Assembly (NCBI RefSeq): GCF_000142905.1
Contig: NW_013657637.1
Coordinates: 1 to 64,000, forward strand
DNA length: 64,000 bases
Reading direction: 5' to 3'
Source of the DNA: Thecamonas trahens ATCC 50062
Taxonomy: Eukaryota; Protista; Apusomonadida
Shown here: one piece after another, positions 61,760 to 64,000 of the stretch
Numbering within the stretch: position 1 is the first letter of the stretch
Layout of the letters: every line of letters begins with the position of its first letter
Translations under genes and position numbers: made by a program
Notes under the pieces: model-generated
What the model was told of the DNA's origin: nothing
Database searches by the model: none
What the model saw: only the letters and a program-made list of their open reading frames with translations

Positions 61760-61970
61760 ATGGTTATGATTAATGGTCATGATGGTTGTGGCCAAGGTCT
61801 ACGATTAATAATGGTTATGATTAATGGTCATGATGGTTGTGGCCAAGGTCTACGATTAATAATGGTTATGATTAATGGTCATGATGGTTGTGGCCATGGT
61901 CAACGATTAATAATGGTTGTGATTAATGGTCATGATGGTTGTGGCCATGGTCATGATGGTTGTGGCCATC
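61760..61970. repeat. AT-rich 51-bp minisatellite, ~3.5 copies, decaying into shorter units
   Basis: TGGTTATGATTAATGGTCATGATGGTTGTGGCCAAGGTCTACGATTAATAA at 61761, 61812, 61863. Confidence 0.92.
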
Positions 61971-62027
61971 AGGGATCATCATCATCATCATCATCCCCAT
62001 CACCACCATCATTATCACCACCCCCCC

Positions 62028-62127
62028 NNNNNNNNNNNNNNNNNNNNNNNNNNNNNNNNNNNNNNNNNNNNNNNNNNNNNNNNNNNNNNNNNNNNNNNNN
62101 NNNNNNNNNNNNNNNNNNNNNNNNNNN
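62028..62127. other. Assembly gap (N run)
   Basis: Run of n. Confidence 0.98.
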
Positions 62128-62317
62128 TACAAGACTTATTGAGGTATCACCCCCCCTGATAATTTCTCATGCGTATGTCACATTCTATTTTGAACTAGTC
62201 GAAGCTGACGAACAGAAATAAGGAGGGTGGGGGAGGAAAGGAAAAAGAAGGGGAGAAAGAGCCCTGTTTTTTTAGAGGGAAGGAAAACCCCCATCATCAT
62301 CATCATCACCCCCCCCC

Positions 62318-62349
<32 letters not shown>

Positions 62350-62404
62350 ATGAACACCCTTCATGCCACACAGCAACAGGCCCTCCCCCCACACACACAC
62401 CCGC

Positions 62405-62439
<35 letters not shown>

Positions 62440-62484
62440 CACACAACACACAACACCCCACCACACACACACAACACCACTGGC

Positions 62485-64000
62485 ATGTTTGCACCTGTAG
62501 CCTCCAGGGCAGGTGGTTACACAGGCCAAGCACATGTCCCTCTTGCCGGACCAGCCAGCCTTGGACGACTCGGTGGGCGGGAAGTTGACGCTGGCCAGCA
62601 GTCTGCTCGGGCCACCACGGCCACCACGGCCACCACGGCCATCACGTCCTCCACGTCCACCACTGTGGACGATGTACATGGGTCTGGTCATGGCCCGTGG
62701 AAGGGCTTCATTAATCGTCCTGCTCCCAAACCATCTGTGTCAGGTAGGGTGACATGGCGGCTGACAGAGGACGACGCAAGAGCCATTGCAAGGGCAGAGG
62801 CTGTCGCCTTACATATCCCGGGCACGGCCAGCAATTCCAAGATCAAGATGGACAAACACGTGCGAGAGACGAACGCGCGAGAGGCGCACGCGCGAGTCAC
62901 CCACGCGCGAGTCACCCATGCGCTGGACAAGCCTTTCGCAGACTTGACATCATCTCGCTTGTCGCTGCAAGGATCGTCGGTCACCGCCAGCAGTCATCAG
63001 CATGCTAGTGGCCGCACTCATCATGCGCATCCGCACCCGCCAAGACCTCGGCCACATCGGCCATCATCGGCTGCACAGTCAGACTCGACGCTGTTGTCGT
63101 CGGCTGTGGAGGAGGGGAGAGAGACCGTCGTCCCGCACTTGGCTGCCGCCGCAAAGCGGAGATCCCGGGCTCTCAATTCGCTGCTCAAGAAAGGCCGGAT
63201 CAGGAGGCCGCGAACAGCCTCAAAAGGAGATGGCTCAGGTCCGGCTTTGGTCGTGCCGCGCCCGCCGTCGGCCCCACAGGCTTCGAACGACGACTGGCGA
63301 CGTCCGCGCGGCCGCGGTAGAAAGGCCCGCGCAAAGTTTGCCACCTCGGCTGGCGATGCCATGTCGTCACACATGCACGAGCGCGCCATGGAGCGCATGT
63401 TGTGGGGACCGGACGGCCCGCCTGACGTGCTCCGGGCTCCGCAGGAGAAAGAGCCGGCCGCCGCCGCTCCAGCCTCTGGTCGGCAGCCCCTCCCGTCTGC
63501 CCAGCCGCTGCGCTCGGCGCTCAAGACCAGACCACTCGCCGACCAGCTGGTCTCAGCGTCGTCGACTGCGGCCGGCACCGACGTCAGTGCCACCCAGCTT
63601 CTGCCAACCGTCTCTGTCTTGCACATTGACGACTCATCCGAGACGTTGGAATCGGCCTCAGCCTCGGGCTCAGCCTCAGACTCGAGCTCGGGCTCAGACT
63701 CGGGCTCAGCCGCCTCCATGCGCACCGCATGTACCGTCATGTCTGTAGCTTCCCTCACCTCTGGCTCGGGATCAGACTCGGGCGACAACGCTGGCTCGGG
63801 TCACCAGCAGCGCGGGCACGTGTCGTTCATGCCAGCATCGACAGTGCTGCACCTCCACGAGCTTACACCGCCTGGAACCAGCCCCGAGGCGCGCGTCTCG
63901 CAGGCGACGGTTGACCACGCCCACGACCATTTCGAGAGTGTGAGAGAGGTCCGCCGGCAGCAGACGTGGCGGCAGGGCGAGGTCGAAAACATCCGTGACT
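62485..64000 (+). CDS. Hypothetical low-complexity protein, 3' end beyond window
   Basis: Not in ORF track; frame reads from ATG 62485 (MFAPVASRAG..) and is the same frame at the window end (..QTWRQGEVENIRD); no domain recognised. Confidence 0.6.
   Translation, partial: MFAPVASRAGGYTGQAHVPLAGPASLGRLGGREVDAGQQSARATTATTATTAITSSTSTTVDDVHGSGHGPWKGFINRPAPKPSVSGRVTWRLTEDDARAIARAEAVALHIPGTASNSKIKMDKHVRETNAREAHARVTHARVTHALDKPFADLTSSRLSLQGSSVTASSHQHASGRTHHAHPHPPRPRPHRPSSAAQSDSTLLSSAVEEGRETVVPHLAAAAKRRSRALNSLLKKGRIRRPRTASKGDGSGPALVVPRPPSAPQASNDDWRRPRGRGRKARAKFATSAGDAMSSHMHERAMERMLWGPDGPPDVLRAPQEKEPAAAAPASGRQPLPSAQPLRSALKTRPLADQLVSASSTAAGTDVSATQLLPTVSVLHIDDSSETLESASASGSASDSSSGSDSGSAASMRTACTVMSVASLTSGSGSDSGDNAGSGHQQRGHVSFMPASTVLHLHELTPPGTSPEARVSQATVDHAHDHFESVREVRRQQTWRQGEVENIRD

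Overview
GC-rich, gene-dense, intron-poor eukaryotic scaffold with two N gaps (~9475-10072, ~62028-62127). The gene set (CDC14, BBS8/TTC8, AIR9, EME1, Ras, BCH-RhoGAP, ACBD6, FG-GAP/beta-helix/multi-TM receptors) fits a free-living flagellated protist; an apusomonad such as Thecamonas is my inference only. About 25 ordinary genes flank an accessory block at ~43.9-56.6 kb. There, a large FG-GAP...beta-helix/Cys-rich/multi-TM receptor gene is frameshifted and appears split by ~7 kb of foreign-looking sequence. That insert holds three intact ORFs: a bacterial-defence-type (Cap4/DUF4297-like) PD-(D/E)xK nuclease with a coiled coil, a C2H2 finger protein, and a GIY-YIG nuclease fused to Gag-like CCHC knuckles. 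It also holds gene fragments, and the block ends in a decayed piggyBac relic absent from the ORF track. Other highlights are an alanine aminotransferase with a signal peptide and C-terminal HEDL, a GNAT-GNAT-NTF2-like bacterial-style fusion, and two DUF1761 paralogues whose introns share an identical 20-mer. The window also has an atypical Ras, a long EF-hand/coiled-coil gene running off the left edge, and single-base frameshifts in otherwise intact genes (probably assembly errors). All family calls are by motif recognition; no database searches were run.
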